A DNA stretch of 64,000 nucleotides. It comes from a virus (lineage: Duplodnaviria > Heunggongvirae > Uroviricota > Caudoviricetes). Both the position numbers and the translations under genes were made by a program. The stretch lies in the IMG/VR virus record IMGVR_UViG_3300043399_000676; one strand, written 5' to 3'. The notes below the pieces were generated by a model. The model was not told where the DNA came from, did not search any database, and saw only the letters and a list, made by a program, of their open reading frames with translations. This document shows positions 30,401-37,072 of this stretch, one piece after another; position 1 is the stretch's first letter, and every line of letters begins with the position of its first letter.

Positions 30401-32218
30401 TACTACCCCGTTTGGACTGGTGTAATATCTTTCACCTAGTATGTCTCTTTCAACATCAATAATAGTTTGGAATGTATCATCGACAAGTCTAATTTTCCCT
30501 ACTTTATCTGGGTTACTTGAGTCCTGATAATATAAAGTATCTAGTTCTGCTGCTAAGTAAGGTACGAGTGTAATAACACCGTTTGGTGATCGAATAAAGT
30601 TTCTGTTTATCCACTGTTTACCAAATAATGCTGTTATCTTTTGATCAGTAGGTAATGTTCCTGCTACGGTTAAGTAAATGACTGGATCTTCATCACCAAG
30701 TAAATTCACTTGGAATAAAGTATTATTCACTACAACGTTTGCGCCATCTTCATAAACACCAGTGTTGGTTGACGCAACCATGAACCCGCTTGATATAGGA
30801 AGATTTAATTTACTGCCACCAGGAACAGCAGAAATAGTAAAGCGTGTTTGATCTATTATGTCTTTGATAAAGTATTCGGTATCAGTTGATAGATCACCAA
30901 AAGAAATTCCGCTAAACGAAATCGACTCGTCTGGTTGGAATCCCACGGTTGAGTTACAAACAAGAACACCAGTTGTAAACGTAGAGAGCGTCATTGACCC
31001 AACATCAGGTGTAAGCGTAAGTTTAACACCACCTGGAGTTGCCGAAACAGTAAAAGAAGTATCGCTTAGAATTTCTTTTATGTAGTAAGTAGCCGAAGAA
31101 GAAATGCCTCCAAACTCTGTTCCACTAAATGTAATTTCTTCGTTTTCAACAAACCCAGCAGTTGATTGGCAGATGATCGAACTATCACCGTAAACTTCAA
31201 AAGCAGTATTGGTTAAGGTAGTGGTAGTTATTTCAGTTATATTTGCTGAGATTGGAGTATTGAAAACGGGATCATTTTCACCAAACTCCCCGTAACCAAA
31301 GAACTTACTTACATATGCTTTAACACCAGGTTCTGTTCCGTAGAACATCAATGACTTGCCGTTTAGTGCTAGCACACTGTCGATTCCGTTTACTTCACTT
31401 ATTCTTTTTCCGTTGATTTGTTCGAATGGCAACGAGGAAACAAGGTCTACAGTAAAAGTCCCCGGCACTTTAAATGCTTGCTGTGCGTCTCTGAAGGGAA
31501 CGTCAAAGTAAATAACACCGTTGGAAACTCCATTGTTTGAAACACCTAGAATTTCTCTAGTGTTTACGTTTACTTGTATAGGATCATAACCAGTGACCCC
31601 AGGTACACCTTGAATCCACAGTGGGTTTTCTTGGTTTACTCTAAATGAGTAAGTTGATCCCCTCAATAAAAATATAGTAGGATTTATACCTTCGATTTCG
31701 GAAGAATCACCTGTGATTCGATATCCCAAATTAGTATCAGTAATTGTAAAATCTATGTCACTGGATGCAAGTTCCGTTGTAACTTGAACTGCGCTAGGAC
31801 CGGATGGAAGCCAATAATACTGAGAATAGTTAATTAGCTTGTCCAAACAAACAAACGAATCCCATGAATAGAATTGATTTGAAAACAATTTCTCATGATT
31901 TTCTACGTTGCTGCCCTCGATCTTAACTGAATCTATAAACCCTGGATAGGTTAATAGATCCCTTGCAACGTCTGTATCTTTCTTCAAAAAGACAACGGCT
32001 GGATCAAGTTGGTAGTCATTTCTTGATTTATTAAACTCAATGACATACTTATCCGATGCGTTGACACCGTACCCAAATTTACTACCAATAAATCCTTCAA
32101 TTTTAGTAGTATTACCTGGTTGAACCAGTTGATCAAGCGTGGCGCTTAAAAACTGTTTGTTGTCTTTTGTTCTGAAGATTTCAGGAAGAAAATCAATAGT
32201 GCGAATTTTGGAAATCAT
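15494..32218 (-). CDS. Giant baseplate wedge/virion structural protein (5574 aa; gp7-like position) with beta-propeller repeats and CBM-like Trp modules
   Basis: Single 16.7-kb ORF directly after gp6-like; FG-GAP-like (FG..VA/FG..IS) and BNR-like (S.DG..W) repeats; W.....Y..G.IV.Y modules; YINEVKPYH motif. Confidence 0.7.
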   Translation of the reverse strand: MISKIRTIDFLPEIFRTKDNKQFLSATLDQLVQPGNTTKIEGFIGSKFGYGVNASDKYVIEFNKSRNDYQLDPAVVFLKKDTDVARDLLTYPGFIDSVKIEGSNVENHEKLFSNQFYSWDSFVCLDKLINYSQYYWLPSGPSAVQVTTELASSDIDFTITDTNLGYRITGDSSEIEGINPTIFLLRGSTYSFRVNQENPLWIQGVPGVTGYDPIQVNVNTREILGVSNNGVSNGVIYFDVPFRDAQQAFKVPGTFTVDLVSSLPFEQINGKRISEVNGIDSVLALNGKSLMFYGTEPGVKAYVSKFFGYGEFGENDPVFNTPISANITEITTTTLTNTAFEVYGDSSIICQSTAGFVENEEITFSGTEFGGISSSATYYIKEILSDTSFTVSATPGGVKLTLTPDVGSMTLSTFTTGVLVCNSTVGFQPDESISFSGISFGDLSTDTEYFIKDIIDQTRFTISAVPGGSKLNLPISSGFMVASTNTGVYEDGANVVVNNTLFQVNLLGDEDPVIYLTVAGTLPTDQKITALFGKQWINRNFIRSPNGVITLVPYLAAELDTLYYQDSSNPDKVGKIRLVDDTFQTIIDVERDILGERYYTSPNGVVFTNGLKVIFFGDTFSPQYRNREFYVEGVGTGIKLIDVKSLVVLEKFSQGVYSPFDILSFDTQNYELTEEVPLTPDYITINRSSIDANPWSRSNRWFHYDVIAATARYNNDPTILGVLNSETARAKRPIIEFYPNLKLFDSGIQSKGIVDFIDFSVRNAFESSGPLRVAGFEVDSENNVFFFTSDQTNRGTATEDPTRLAAVPLFDGARVIFANEEDSVRRKTIYTVNIEKIKEVKVAVTKTEASDVITVSNTADLVVDAMLSLSGTPFGGLSPINYYIAEIIDETSIKLKDSSGTIIDISSGDADTGVMIGTLKINPIITLSETNEEPIQVGEQILVRYPNTPSMVSQYGKAFYFTGTEWETSQEKLTLNQPPLFDVIDINGVSLSDQTVYPSSSFLGTKLFSYGEGTGANDTVLGFPIKYSAVYNLGDISFDTNFNSDKFTYVQNRQVITKNVNEGYVQEFQTLNDYKKLLGWETAAGPSFQYQIFNIVPTSTTNSFVCDIPAKSVTQTPWAPVQVYVDNARLTPSQFTVLIEGNNTFITTSQLVSAGTPVQVLLLSEMVSKQAYFDIPLNLSNNPFNEDINSVSIGEIRGHYQTIFKNFPYISGSSLGSNNYRDQGKLINYGTKIVQHSASMVFSAMFLRNTSHNIFNALTYNANEYVKFKSLIVDTTTKVNFGNIYAPDEMLDSILELIASTKDSDSAFFWSDMVPLGTPYIINSYNFNNFTDTSQFNLSRVYNFGVANYNGVLVYLTRTQDGLTYRTLLVKDKDYVISDNSPSITVNVDLQIGDVITIKEYNQTYGSFVPNTPTKLGLYQSFEPTVYLDDTYLQPTYFLKGHDGSLTKLYGEYNDGLLQDIRDKVLFEFEKRIYNNLKVPVKPAMSSDDIKPGQFRSAIPLHDLNEMYSLGFLNWVGQNRLDFKTRFYDQDNPFTWNYTDSENRLLKTPIEQGGWRGVYLWLYDTDRPHVAPWEMLGFSNKPVWWDSRYGSAPYTSDNLVLWNDLANGIDWNNGSPRVIETRKRPDLLKIIPVDSQGKLISPFYTIVGNYNDVIFKNEWEVGDVGPTEASYIKSSTWPFDLMKLFVLTEPAKFFGLFIDTDKYRLNEEFNQFLLNNRRHYRVSDLEIYGSGIPKHSYINWIVDYEKQFGINAVEMLTDVKDNLDVRLAYRLAGFSDKDLLKFYVEKSTPTTKNTSLLIPDASYSVLLYDNQPFENIEYSSIIIQKTRTGHKIWGNSQNKAYFKTAVPKNNGIFEILTLGNRTVKVSKEYTDEIVAVPYGTEFFTIQAVAEFLKSYGVYLENAGMQFNQIESGNAISWNQMILEVLYWTQSGWEEGATINVNPSAKVITINKESSIVQPLTLKENIVLNQNLLPIELKDLCVYRDGTEFNVRALNEGDSLCFFKANLFNMEHVVVFNNTTIFNDRIYNLTTGLRQQRILVKGSKTADWDGSVNAYGFILNQDNIEEWKPNIGYTKGVIVKYKNNYWVATKVVQPSSSFSDTDWVKTDYNTVQKGLLPNPSLAAYESTIFYDINRTNLEYDTNLLGFSSIGYRPRQYLSDANLTDVSQVNVYKNMIKTKGTFNAANNFNGVTLQQGSIDYDIFENWAIKSGEYGGVLNASFFDVKLDQSKLISNPNIIGMIFNNSLTDVQQSVPLYDVYNFDRQLPNANVLPTTNYESSKLPYAGYVNFDDIKVNAYNLTSLTSNTESISTLYHNDYVWLADYKGTWRVYSPISLGAYDGTSCNNGVLVVECNNNLDGTVNLVFNAPHGLAIDDPFGLIYFSPEMDGYYTVLSTPAVNTVRVAKSLAFSMLNVRGAGLAFKFQPHRVSKGSEIASLPLTNTAFNSTDVWVDEDVSGAWAVYRKTLNYKEVLSLEKDSNTTFGEAVAYIPNLGFIVTEPKDGTVANVGKAFLYKIGQLESPEEIVNSETFGTTIAHSDDMVLISQPNGTLDTDRKIYVYQAITSNGLKELRLQQTIDAPNLSDTDWGTGLAISKDNQWIYVGSTANNKVYAYAKNQDWAFSSTGLVMTSATLVGQGFVTVTGNQTATILPGTRLSFSNSGNETYLVSGVSFDGTNSRISFTSTLTQPHAIGTIYFAKHNYYLVDDDFIVPATSIPTDKFGYRISTNDDGSKIFVSAPETNESSVLIETGTVHIFDRIVQTFEIQDSNETSVDLGWTPNTVTRVLKNFEPLRQVDDYSVNASVIEGLELSAGDIITVHTNKFVRIQTINSSEINDGRPHIRFGKGLDTSYAGDELLAGAPFRISSDGKEGVVYRFTNGGKKYGLIKATSDFQTIGSPVDILINGFRLTIQGDLATVVNSINTSGINNVNAYALENKLVITLINESLNPVHNKLNVSVFDASVLTSLGFTLYQKTQEITSVHKLGSSQFGDNIKFNQYGSFIVSAPADTRFTSTTFDFFDDSKDNDTYFDNDFTKFVDGTVNAGSVYMYDYLQNVNESIDDPGQFAFAQSIVDFREHNGIYPNFGRSLDFSYYNVMVGVPDYENVSETNGKAFHFENALNKANWSVFRSPSEIVDVNKLQDIQIFSSNTKETYGLIDYIDPLQGKLLGAVQQNIDFITSTDPAGYNRDGEILNGNLVWDKHYVGRIWFDTTNVRFVDYHQNDTVYNSKYWGTIFPGSDIAVYTWIESTVKPEAYAGPGVPKNTTDFVTRYETNAANILSPRYYFWVRNTGLVFENMGKTLSDVIIAFYILNPQNSGIAYFAGYSSDKFGLYNCAEFIKDDSILHVGVANGSSDDTSYQKFSLIREGNADDFLSGLPRRIQQEPTQLYAKFIDSLAGMDSNGQTVPDHRLPESLKYGVLVRPRQGFFVDRLQALKNYLTYANSVLSQFPITETRNPQLIFKTEFSEQGGEAYLVVDTPSYWELTNWWASGYSDTTKPTVEVARFSDLYTLEAYEGLIAAVARNGNGLRETHIFTQGNWVRIGLEKGTIQFKSSLWDYSSTNEGFGDGYFGSETFNQIPVEETKNIIRSLNEEIFVNDLIIHRNKSLILMFEYIKSENNLVNSYSNWLNKTSFVDVTQTVSELESSPKYQLADQTLLSGYINEVKPYHVVIKDFQLKYKKLEPYFGDISDFDLPAYYDENIDRFVSPQLTYGTSFGDSFNINEDIWQSGIYQSWFNNYGLRIEGVNDFQVSTLASYVSITATELFVDNGYSFPESGIIKVENELIGYTSINRITGKLQGVTRGAFESEPAVHLPGTPIITNLPGVVVLNSGRLYSFTPKVFASIDTTRYPAPRREAKFRVEMKGDRVSNIVVVDSGDGYAVQPTLTIEPSLTFNFVADDVDSSKNVITIENHSFINGDLVKFSTNEDPIPGSELINDYYYYVRVVGINKISLYFYEFDASVDTHRIALTGLELGSLSLTAKVVPIVSSSPAKQIKPKIKFDRTSFTTNITDWVSGAFYSGAIDQTNALASTQEETASSSGFSSLSNNLLFLIGKFIQDDGLVWSVDLTRTTLSPKQIDGARVIGVPEEVSVTKTFASPTPGGTPMVVNIVYPFFSNGNVYNKFGAIVTDGGSGFPVGHQVQVDGSEFGGVSGVNDVTITVMKTYEDFDQNTETAIEDVVYSLNVTGAPLRESLRVFYVKHLNNYIGEWNANTTYYYGQIVSFEGQQYALSHLGDWELDTAYTLGDIVRYDGKYYTPSQPVPNNTLPTETDYWGEITEGVMGVLPGSSNIWMTAVQKNQNSFALYENPTLTTKVVTGDYETNQAYLFIPEIFNFDASRVMFNGSLYECIESNSDVEFDYDKWREVKSDDVSLNALDRITAFYGPTVNMPGKDLTQLINGLTYPYNIYYGNPFAPEEQYPLDTILKDKPFYGIEQVVRDVVWDGNRYVAILNSETTASTCISEDGINWSIQSISTQKFDVSSIFYSGETQNLIIPITRSSATSDFITCASTLYLELDKPIVFSGNVPFGGIIVGQTYYVKSIENETQFTISETLAGPTKDLTDGIGYLTFELVGQRKREYYVTVKNSSTPMLVSYDAVSWISQGPLSSFDEGEYGDQGYDSSALAIETTQLNSVDYFDGVYISVGYEIFKSINGVDWNPVFTFSNAVDLLNEFNAVKYIDVSFFEGFVAVGKGQTSVVTDGVYSIQNTDLIAVSNDQGNTWTRISPVTNLSLNAIANNSSVIVAVGEEGTIIYSTNGYNWLATSSGTTETLRDVIYQNGNFIAIGNNGKIISSVDGMTWANVTGIDTTNDLYAITWSGTEYLIGSSNGVVFVSADGLNWTERRILSTADESLYNVTGDTFTAGYSPEEMMSGVITDTISMYVRTKPSAGWDPETYEYLGFEMTSFVTKPNASNQISFRGVIQTPTSINIFKILDTTNRGPRLYLDIDYTINWVTKEITLTSPLDSSYSIMVELYELGNGPQLVRSTTDDTPLREDSGDSIIYIDQLFSETSQGATYVFVNGQRLTTSSFGLEKSSDNRTILRFNSLYDPETTYISYVIYSDANGVYSIPEAEVFTFTSTRNFVLTNFLDSNAISTLIVSVNGVRLSNTKYSLAGNTLVIDNSVPLVVGDKIGVITFSNLTGQYMTLDAATATFAEIATLESINSVSVVTTKTPHDLTTGDVVLLNGVSGATEINLTPLQVEVVDSQTVRLYQVYIDNTVNIPLLASGTSSDGVIWGVKSGETIKGILLNNTKLGAMIDPNRLWVTVDGNRINSDKVFFYDYRGTNYVGLLTGVASTEQILINAMTPFVVPNQQEYRLFIDRLNNTTAYNINVFNKTWLVEPLFITDNQVILNDVTRVTTSETYTTLAREDDDGDYDYLYYEKLGYRLYELNLPGITTEIKNMTLRNLTKGITLVQSTTTQRNDFYWTRENLAIEVHMLVPLEDENTVFAKVQAGDVIQVDIDFGNFILVNGEEIRFSIINPTQNVSEIRIGRKYTIQTLGNADFTSLGASSNTVGVTFTATANGDTLGQATGTVIALNTLSGLTRGVNGTGAQEFIPSFTTVFSLLEADEIADLSSLTKYPPQ

Positions 32219-32246
32219 ATGGTATAATCACTTAAGGTTATACTCA

Positions 32247-32253
32247 TATTTAT
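32247..32253 (-). promoter_or_regulatory. Late promoter box ATAAATA
   Basis: Intergenic, upstream of the 32218 start. Confidence 0.65.
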
Positions 32254-32297
32254 TGCCGCATAAAACTACTATTATTTAGGATCTTCTTCCTTTTATC

Positions 32298-35200
32298 TTA
32301 CGAAGGTAACAATTCTGCGTTTGTAAGCGCGGATACAACAACTATATCAGTTGCTTGTGCAGCGTTGACAAATATTTCATACGGAGCGCATCGTATTTCA
32401 TATAGAGCACCAAACGACAACGTTGGATCTTTTGGAACGATAACAACCGAACTTACATAGTCACCTAACTCTTTATGAAGATATGCAGATAGCTCAGAGA
32501 AGTAGAAAGTGTCTCCGAAGTTCCAATTATCAATATTGAAATATTCGTTGATTGTATCTAACACTGCTGAACGGATTTCTGAGTCGCTTGCTCTCGTAGA
32601 AGAGGATTTTATTACCTTTATGGTAGCTTGCAACTTAGGAGCTGCTTTATTTCCAAACAAAGGTTTAAACTTTACACTGTTAAGAATTACGCTGTCACTC
32701 ATCATCTTATAATCGTTGATTTTGCTATATGCGTCAGTTAGCTGATTTATTGTAGGTATCTCTGGCTCAATTAACGTGTCAGTTGTATCCTTGATCCAAT
32801 TGTTATAACTATTGTAATAGGCCTGTGTTACCAAATACAAATCAATGATGTTGGTTGTACCTGGATTAATTCTAGATGTGTTATTTGAATTGTGCCTATA
32901 TTGGAAGAAGAATCCTTGTCTACCAGTACTTAGTGTATAGTTCGAAAGTTCAACCACATTCATCAGATTTAAAATAGTATTATCTTTTTCAATTGTGAAA
33001 AACTTATCCATCGCATAAGCGTAGAATACTTGACCTTCAGGGTATTCATACTTTACTGTCTCTATTTGAGATTGATTAGCATAAGTGAAAACTACATCCG
33101 AAGTTGGTACTACTTGCACTCTGTCTAAGAGGTATGCATCTGTTACTTTTTGGAAGAACGTATACTTTCCAAAAGTCGAGCCACCTTGTTCATACCCAGT
33201 TAAAGAAGCAAAAAAGTCTGGATCAACGGTGATGTTGCTATTGTCTTGATGAGTGCAAGTAACTTCAACTGAATAGTCATCTGCGTATCCATCAGCTTGC
33301 ACTGGTTGTCCAATGATGTTAAGAATATAATCTCTGCCCAATGCGTTTAATGAGTTAGGCTTTGTATTTGTTTTCAGCACGTTGATGTGATCTTTGAGAA
33401 TCTTCCCACTCTTTGGATCATACACAAGCTTGTCAGTTTCAAATACAAATCTAGTATCAGCAACGCTTCCAAAGAAGTAAGATATGGATTTGTATGTCAT
33501 GCCATATCTATTGTTTCCTAAACTTGTAAATTTTATAAATGCATTTGGGTCATTGATTTCTGCGATTGACCATCTTTCCTGAACAGTGGTCAATGTATTG
33601 TCGAATACCAATGAAAAATTTTGTCCAAGTTCAATTCTTCTGATACACTCTTGAATTAGTGATGATGATAAGCTATTACTGAATGATGGTATGATTAAAG
33701 ACATCTTACAACCATCGCTGATTATTCCTTTAAGTGTAATTGGTCCAGTGTTGTCTGACATTGCACCATTGCCAATATTATAACCATCACCAATAACATT
33801 TAAAATACTTGTCCAATATGAAGTAGTTTGATCTGGGTTTGTTCCTAACGGGACAAGTTTATTCTTTTCGTTAAACGTAAATCCAATAGGCGCTTCAATT
33901 TTAAGAAGGGCGCCCACTGTTGCATATGCAAGGTTCGTCGTAGAATAGATACCAATTGGTACAGGAATCTCAACTGGTTGACCGCTTATAGTTTCTTTGA
34001 CATAAAAATATCCAGTGCAATCACTACCATTAACTGAGAGTTGTTTCCAATAAACTGCGGTGGTGTACGGAGTAGCATTTCCAGGAACAAATTTTGGATC
34101 AAATCTTGAAAAAATCTTTTCGTAGTAATGTCTAACCCTTCTACTTCCTAATATGGAAACAAAATCTTCAGTTAAGAACTGAACAACGTCGTTGACGCTG
34201 TTAACTGTAAAGGAAACGCTACCATCTGAATCGTCTTGAAACAATGCACCATCCGAACTAAAGCTATTTGTACTTGAATACTTGCTAGTAGGATCGAGTA
34301 GGTCAAAGTTTCTGGCTACTCCAATACTGGTTCTATTAACTGCCTTACTTTTGATTATTGAACTGAAAAGTGTAAACGGAAAACTATTATAATCTTCTCC
34401 GTTTACCATTCTGTTTTGCGTATAGAATCTAGAAGGAGCACGTTCTTTTATATTTGTCAGACTTTCTCTTGCTTGAGCATTAGTTACAGGCAGCTGCAAG
34501 TCTAGTGTCATTGTAAGAGTTTCCACTCGTCCATATCTACTTTGATAAGACAACGAAACTGAAATATTTCTAAGTTCGTTAATCTGAATTGTATAGGTAA
34601 GTGCGTTGCTCGATCTTAAATAAGCCCTAAACGTTCCAATAGGTATCTCACCAAATACACCGTCACCAAATATAAAACTAATTACATCGTTTGCACCTGA
34701 ATTGACTGAAAATACTTTCTTCTCAGCCGTTGACTTTCGCATAGAGTTATCGTAGATATTCTCTACTTGTGTCCATTGTGTTCTATCACCAGTTGTATTG
34801 TCAACTTGAAACAACCAAGTATCATCGTTATTGATTCCTTCTACGTTAACATCAACTACTTGATTTGAAACCTGCTGGCTGATAGTAAAGTCATAGTTGA
34901 TCAATGAACCTTGTTTGAAATAACAGAAGAACCCAGTGTTTGGAGAACCATAGCCAAGCTTATCATTTCTGTACAGAATATTAAACTTACCATTAGGTGA
35001 AGGAGGTATTTCGTATACAAAATCTTCGTCTAAACTAGTAACACTAACTAGTTCAAAGTTCATAGGTGTTCCGCTTACTGTTCCACTGAAGGGAACGATC
35101 GGCAAACTATTGCCCGGCAAGCTAATAGAATACTCATCTGTTTTTACATTTTGAATAGTATTGGAATTACCAGGTCTTCCAACACGCTGTGAATCAATCA

Positions 35201-35690
35201 AGGAAGCATTAATGATCGAATGAAACTGCTCAAGCCATTGTGGATTTGCAGGATCATTCCATATGACAGGTACACCACTTAGATTTAAACCATTGATGTC
35301 TGTTATATTTTCAGTTGTTTGTATGCTTGTTATTTTTATAAATCCGCGAGCGGCTAGATTTCGTTTTGGTGTATAGTTGATTAAGTTGGCTAACTTAATT
35401 ACGCTGTCTCTTCGTTCAGCAGTATCGATGAAATTTTCTCTTGCATTCAAGTCTCCTCTAAATGCAAGTGCTTGTCCCATAAATGCAATTATATCTAAAA
35501 GAGCAATGTACTCACTACTTTCAGTATAGTCGTTAAAAGTTTCTGGATAGTACAATCGCAAGTAATCAACGAAACTTTTTCTTAACGTTTCGTAATCGTA
35601 ACTTTGAAAATCAGCTTGCCTAAATGTTTGGTAAAGGGTCTTCCAATCATTTGCGCCAAAAATTGCAGACTGTCTTGAACTAGTAGCCAT
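32298..35690 (-). CDS. gp6: Baseplate wedge subunit, T4 gp6-like (1130 aa)
   Basis: N-terminal D(Y/F)E.LR...FNDY.ESS....LLD.IA......ENFIDTA..R.SV..LA....Y.P motif; FGDG.FG; ES...IK.RAP....QNR.V...DY. Confidence 0.85.
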   Translation of the reverse strand: MATSSRQSAIFGANDWKTLYQTFRQADFQSYDYETLRKSFVDYLRLYYPETFNDYTESSEYIALLDIIAFMGQALAFRGDLNARENFIDTAERRDSVIKLANLINYTPKRNLAARGFIKITSIQTTENITDINGLNLSGVPVIWNDPANPQWLEQFHSIINASLIDSQRVGRPGNSNTIQNVKTDEYSISLPGNSLPIVPFSGTVSGTPMNFELVSVTSLDEDFVYEIPPSPNGKFNILYRNDKLGYGSPNTGFFCYFKQGSLINYDFTISQQVSNQVVDVNVEGINNDDTWLFQVDNTTGDRTQWTQVENIYDNSMRKSTAEKKVFSVNSGANDVISFIFGDGVFGEIPIGTFRAYLRSSNALTYTIQINELRNISVSLSYQSRYGRVETLTMTLDLQLPVTNAQARESLTNIKERAPSRFYTQNRMVNGEDYNSFPFTLFSSIIKSKAVNRTSIGVARNFDLLDPTSKYSSTNSFSSDGALFQDDSDGSVSFTVNSVNDVVQFLTEDFVSILGSRRVRHYYEKIFSRFDPKFVPGNATPYTTAVYWKQLSVNGSDCTGYFYVKETISGQPVEIPVPIGIYSTTNLAYATVGALLKIEAPIGFTFNEKNKLVPLGTNPDQTTSYWTSILNVIGDGYNIGNGAMSDNTGPITLKGIISDGCKMSLIIPSFSNSLSSSLIQECIRRIELGQNFSLVFDNTLTTVQERWSIAEINDPNAFIKFTSLGNNRYGMTYKSISYFFGSVADTRFVFETDKLVYDPKSGKILKDHINVLKTNTKPNSLNALGRDYILNIIGQPVQADGYADDYSVEVTCTHQDNSNITVDPDFFASLTGYEQGGSTFGKYTFFQKVTDAYLLDRVQVVPTSDVVFTYANQSQIETVKYEYPEGQVFYAYAMDKFFTIEKDNTILNLMNVVELSNYTLSTGRQGFFFQYRHNSNNTSRINPGTTNIIDLYLVTQAYYNSYNNWIKDTTDTLIEPEIPTINQLTDAYSKINDYKMMSDSVILNSVKFKPLFGNKAAPKLQATIKVIKSSSTRASDSEIRSAVLDTINEYFNIDNWNFGDTFYFSELSAYLHKELGDYVSSVVIVPKDPTLSFGALYEIRCAPYEIFVNAAQATDIVVVSALTNAELLPS

Positions 35691-35712
35691 AATTATACTC
35701 TCAGATGTAGTA

Positions 35713-35719
35713 TATTTAT
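35713..35719 (-). promoter_or_regulatory. Late promoter box ATAAATA
   Basis: Intergenic, upstream of gp6-like. Confidence 0.65.
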
Positions 35720-35737
35720 CGTCGGAAAAATTAGAGG

Positions 35738-36217
35738 TTACGCAAGTGTAGCGATCCCTGCAGCCTGATCAAAAATAAACTGCAAGTTTAAAACTTCGTT
35801 GTTTGGTGAGATTGCGATTTCGACTTGTACCAAAATTGTATTGTTGTCGAATGAAACCTCAATGATGTTTGGAATGATCCTAGGATCTTGCTCAATGATT
35901 CTTCTTACTTCTTGTTCGACTTGATTTTGAACAATAGTTGTATTGGGCTCAAATAAAAGACCCCACAAAGAAGTTCCATACGATGGGTTGCCTGGTTTTG
36001 ATCCTTGTGGAATATTAAATGCATTGATTAAATCTTGCACCACTGCTTCATTATCCACTACTGTAAACTTTTTATTGTTAACAACTGGGATTACTCCGCC
36101 ATTGACGCCTCCGTAAACGCCAGTTGTAACTATTCCCATTTCTGAGCTAGTAGAGTTCACGCTCCTGTTTGTTGTTTTACAAGAATTTAACGTAGAAAAC
36201 CCAATGTACGTTGGCAT
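35738..36217 (-). CDS. gp25: Baseplate wedge protein, gp25-like
   Basis: V.QDL.N...I..G.K..NP.YG..L..LLFEP...EV.RII..DPR pattern; adjacent to gp6-like. Confidence 0.85.
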   Translation of the reverse strand: MPTYIGFSTLNSCKTTNRSVNSTSSEMGIVTTGVYGGVNGGVIPVVNNKKFTVVDNEAVVQDLINAFNIPQGSKPGNPSYGTSLWGLLFEPNTTIVQNQVEQEVRRIIEQDPRIIPNIIEVSFDNNTILVQVEIAISPNNEVLNLQFIFDQAAGIATLA

Positions 36218-36219
36218 AA

Positions 36220-37071
36220 TTATTTAACTCCAGGAATTTGAACTCTTGGGTCAAACATAAGTGCAGCGTCGTAAGCATTTATAGTAGGTACTGATGTGAC
36301 TGTCTTGACTGCTTTAGTTGAAGCCAATACAGGAACTTCTGCACCAAATCCTAATGCGGCTGCTGCGGCTGCTAATCCTGCCATCACTCCAGATGGTATA
36401 ACGGAACTTATTGCATTCATTAAACTACTCCCTGCTGAACTTAATGCACTCGACACTTGACCAGCGATATTTCCTACTGCACTTGTAACACTTGAAATTG
36501 CACCATTTACCATATTACTAATTGATGAAATTCCACCGGTGAGATTATTCAGCCCTGCTGCCAATGACCCGGTTATGTTACTAACCGCGCTTGTGACTCC
36601 AGCGATTGCCTCGCTTGCAGCACCGGCAATCTGACTTCCTATTGCCCCAGCTGCTCCTGCTACCTGTGTAACTGCTCCTTGTACCGCAGATGCAGCTTGC
36701 CCAGCGATTGCAGTTGCTGCGTTTTGTAGCGAAGAAGCCGATCCCGTTACACCACCCAATGCAGATGTAACCGAGTTTATTGCACCAGATACTGCTCCTT
36801 GTGCTTGTGCGGCTGCACCAGACAACGAGTTAACAACGCCTGAAACTTGTGATGAAACTTGCGATACTGCGCTTGACACCGCAGACGTACCTGAAGAAAT
36901 CAAATTGGACGCTGACGCAGCAACCCCTGCGACTGGATCAAGAGACCCAACTGCTTGTAGTGAGGCGGAAAGTCCTGCCATACCAGAAAGAGTTTGGTCT
37001 GCTAGATTTGCAGCAAATGTTCCTACGCTGCTTAAACTAGATAGTGATGATACATTAGGTGCGATTGCCAT
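36220..37071 (-). CDS. Low-complexity Ala/Ser/Gly/Val-rich protein (283 aa) in the baseplate cluster
   Basis: ORF tightly coupled to its neighbours; quasi-periodic small-residue sequence. Confidence 0.7.
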   Translation of the reverse strand: MAIAPNVSSLSSLSSVGTFAANLADQTLSGMAGLSASLQAVGSLDPVAGVAASASNLISSGTSAVSSAVSQVSSQVSGVVNSLSGAAAQAQGAVSGAINSVTSALGGVTGSASSLQNAATAIAGQAASAVQGAVTQVAGAAGAIGSQIAGAASEAIAGVTSAVSNITGSLAAGLNNLTGGISSISNMVNGAISSVTSAVGNIAGQVSSALSSAGSSLMNAISSVIPSGVMAGLAAAAAALGFGAEVPVLASTKAVKTVTSVPTINAYDAALMFDPRVQIPGVK

Positions 37072-37072
37072 A

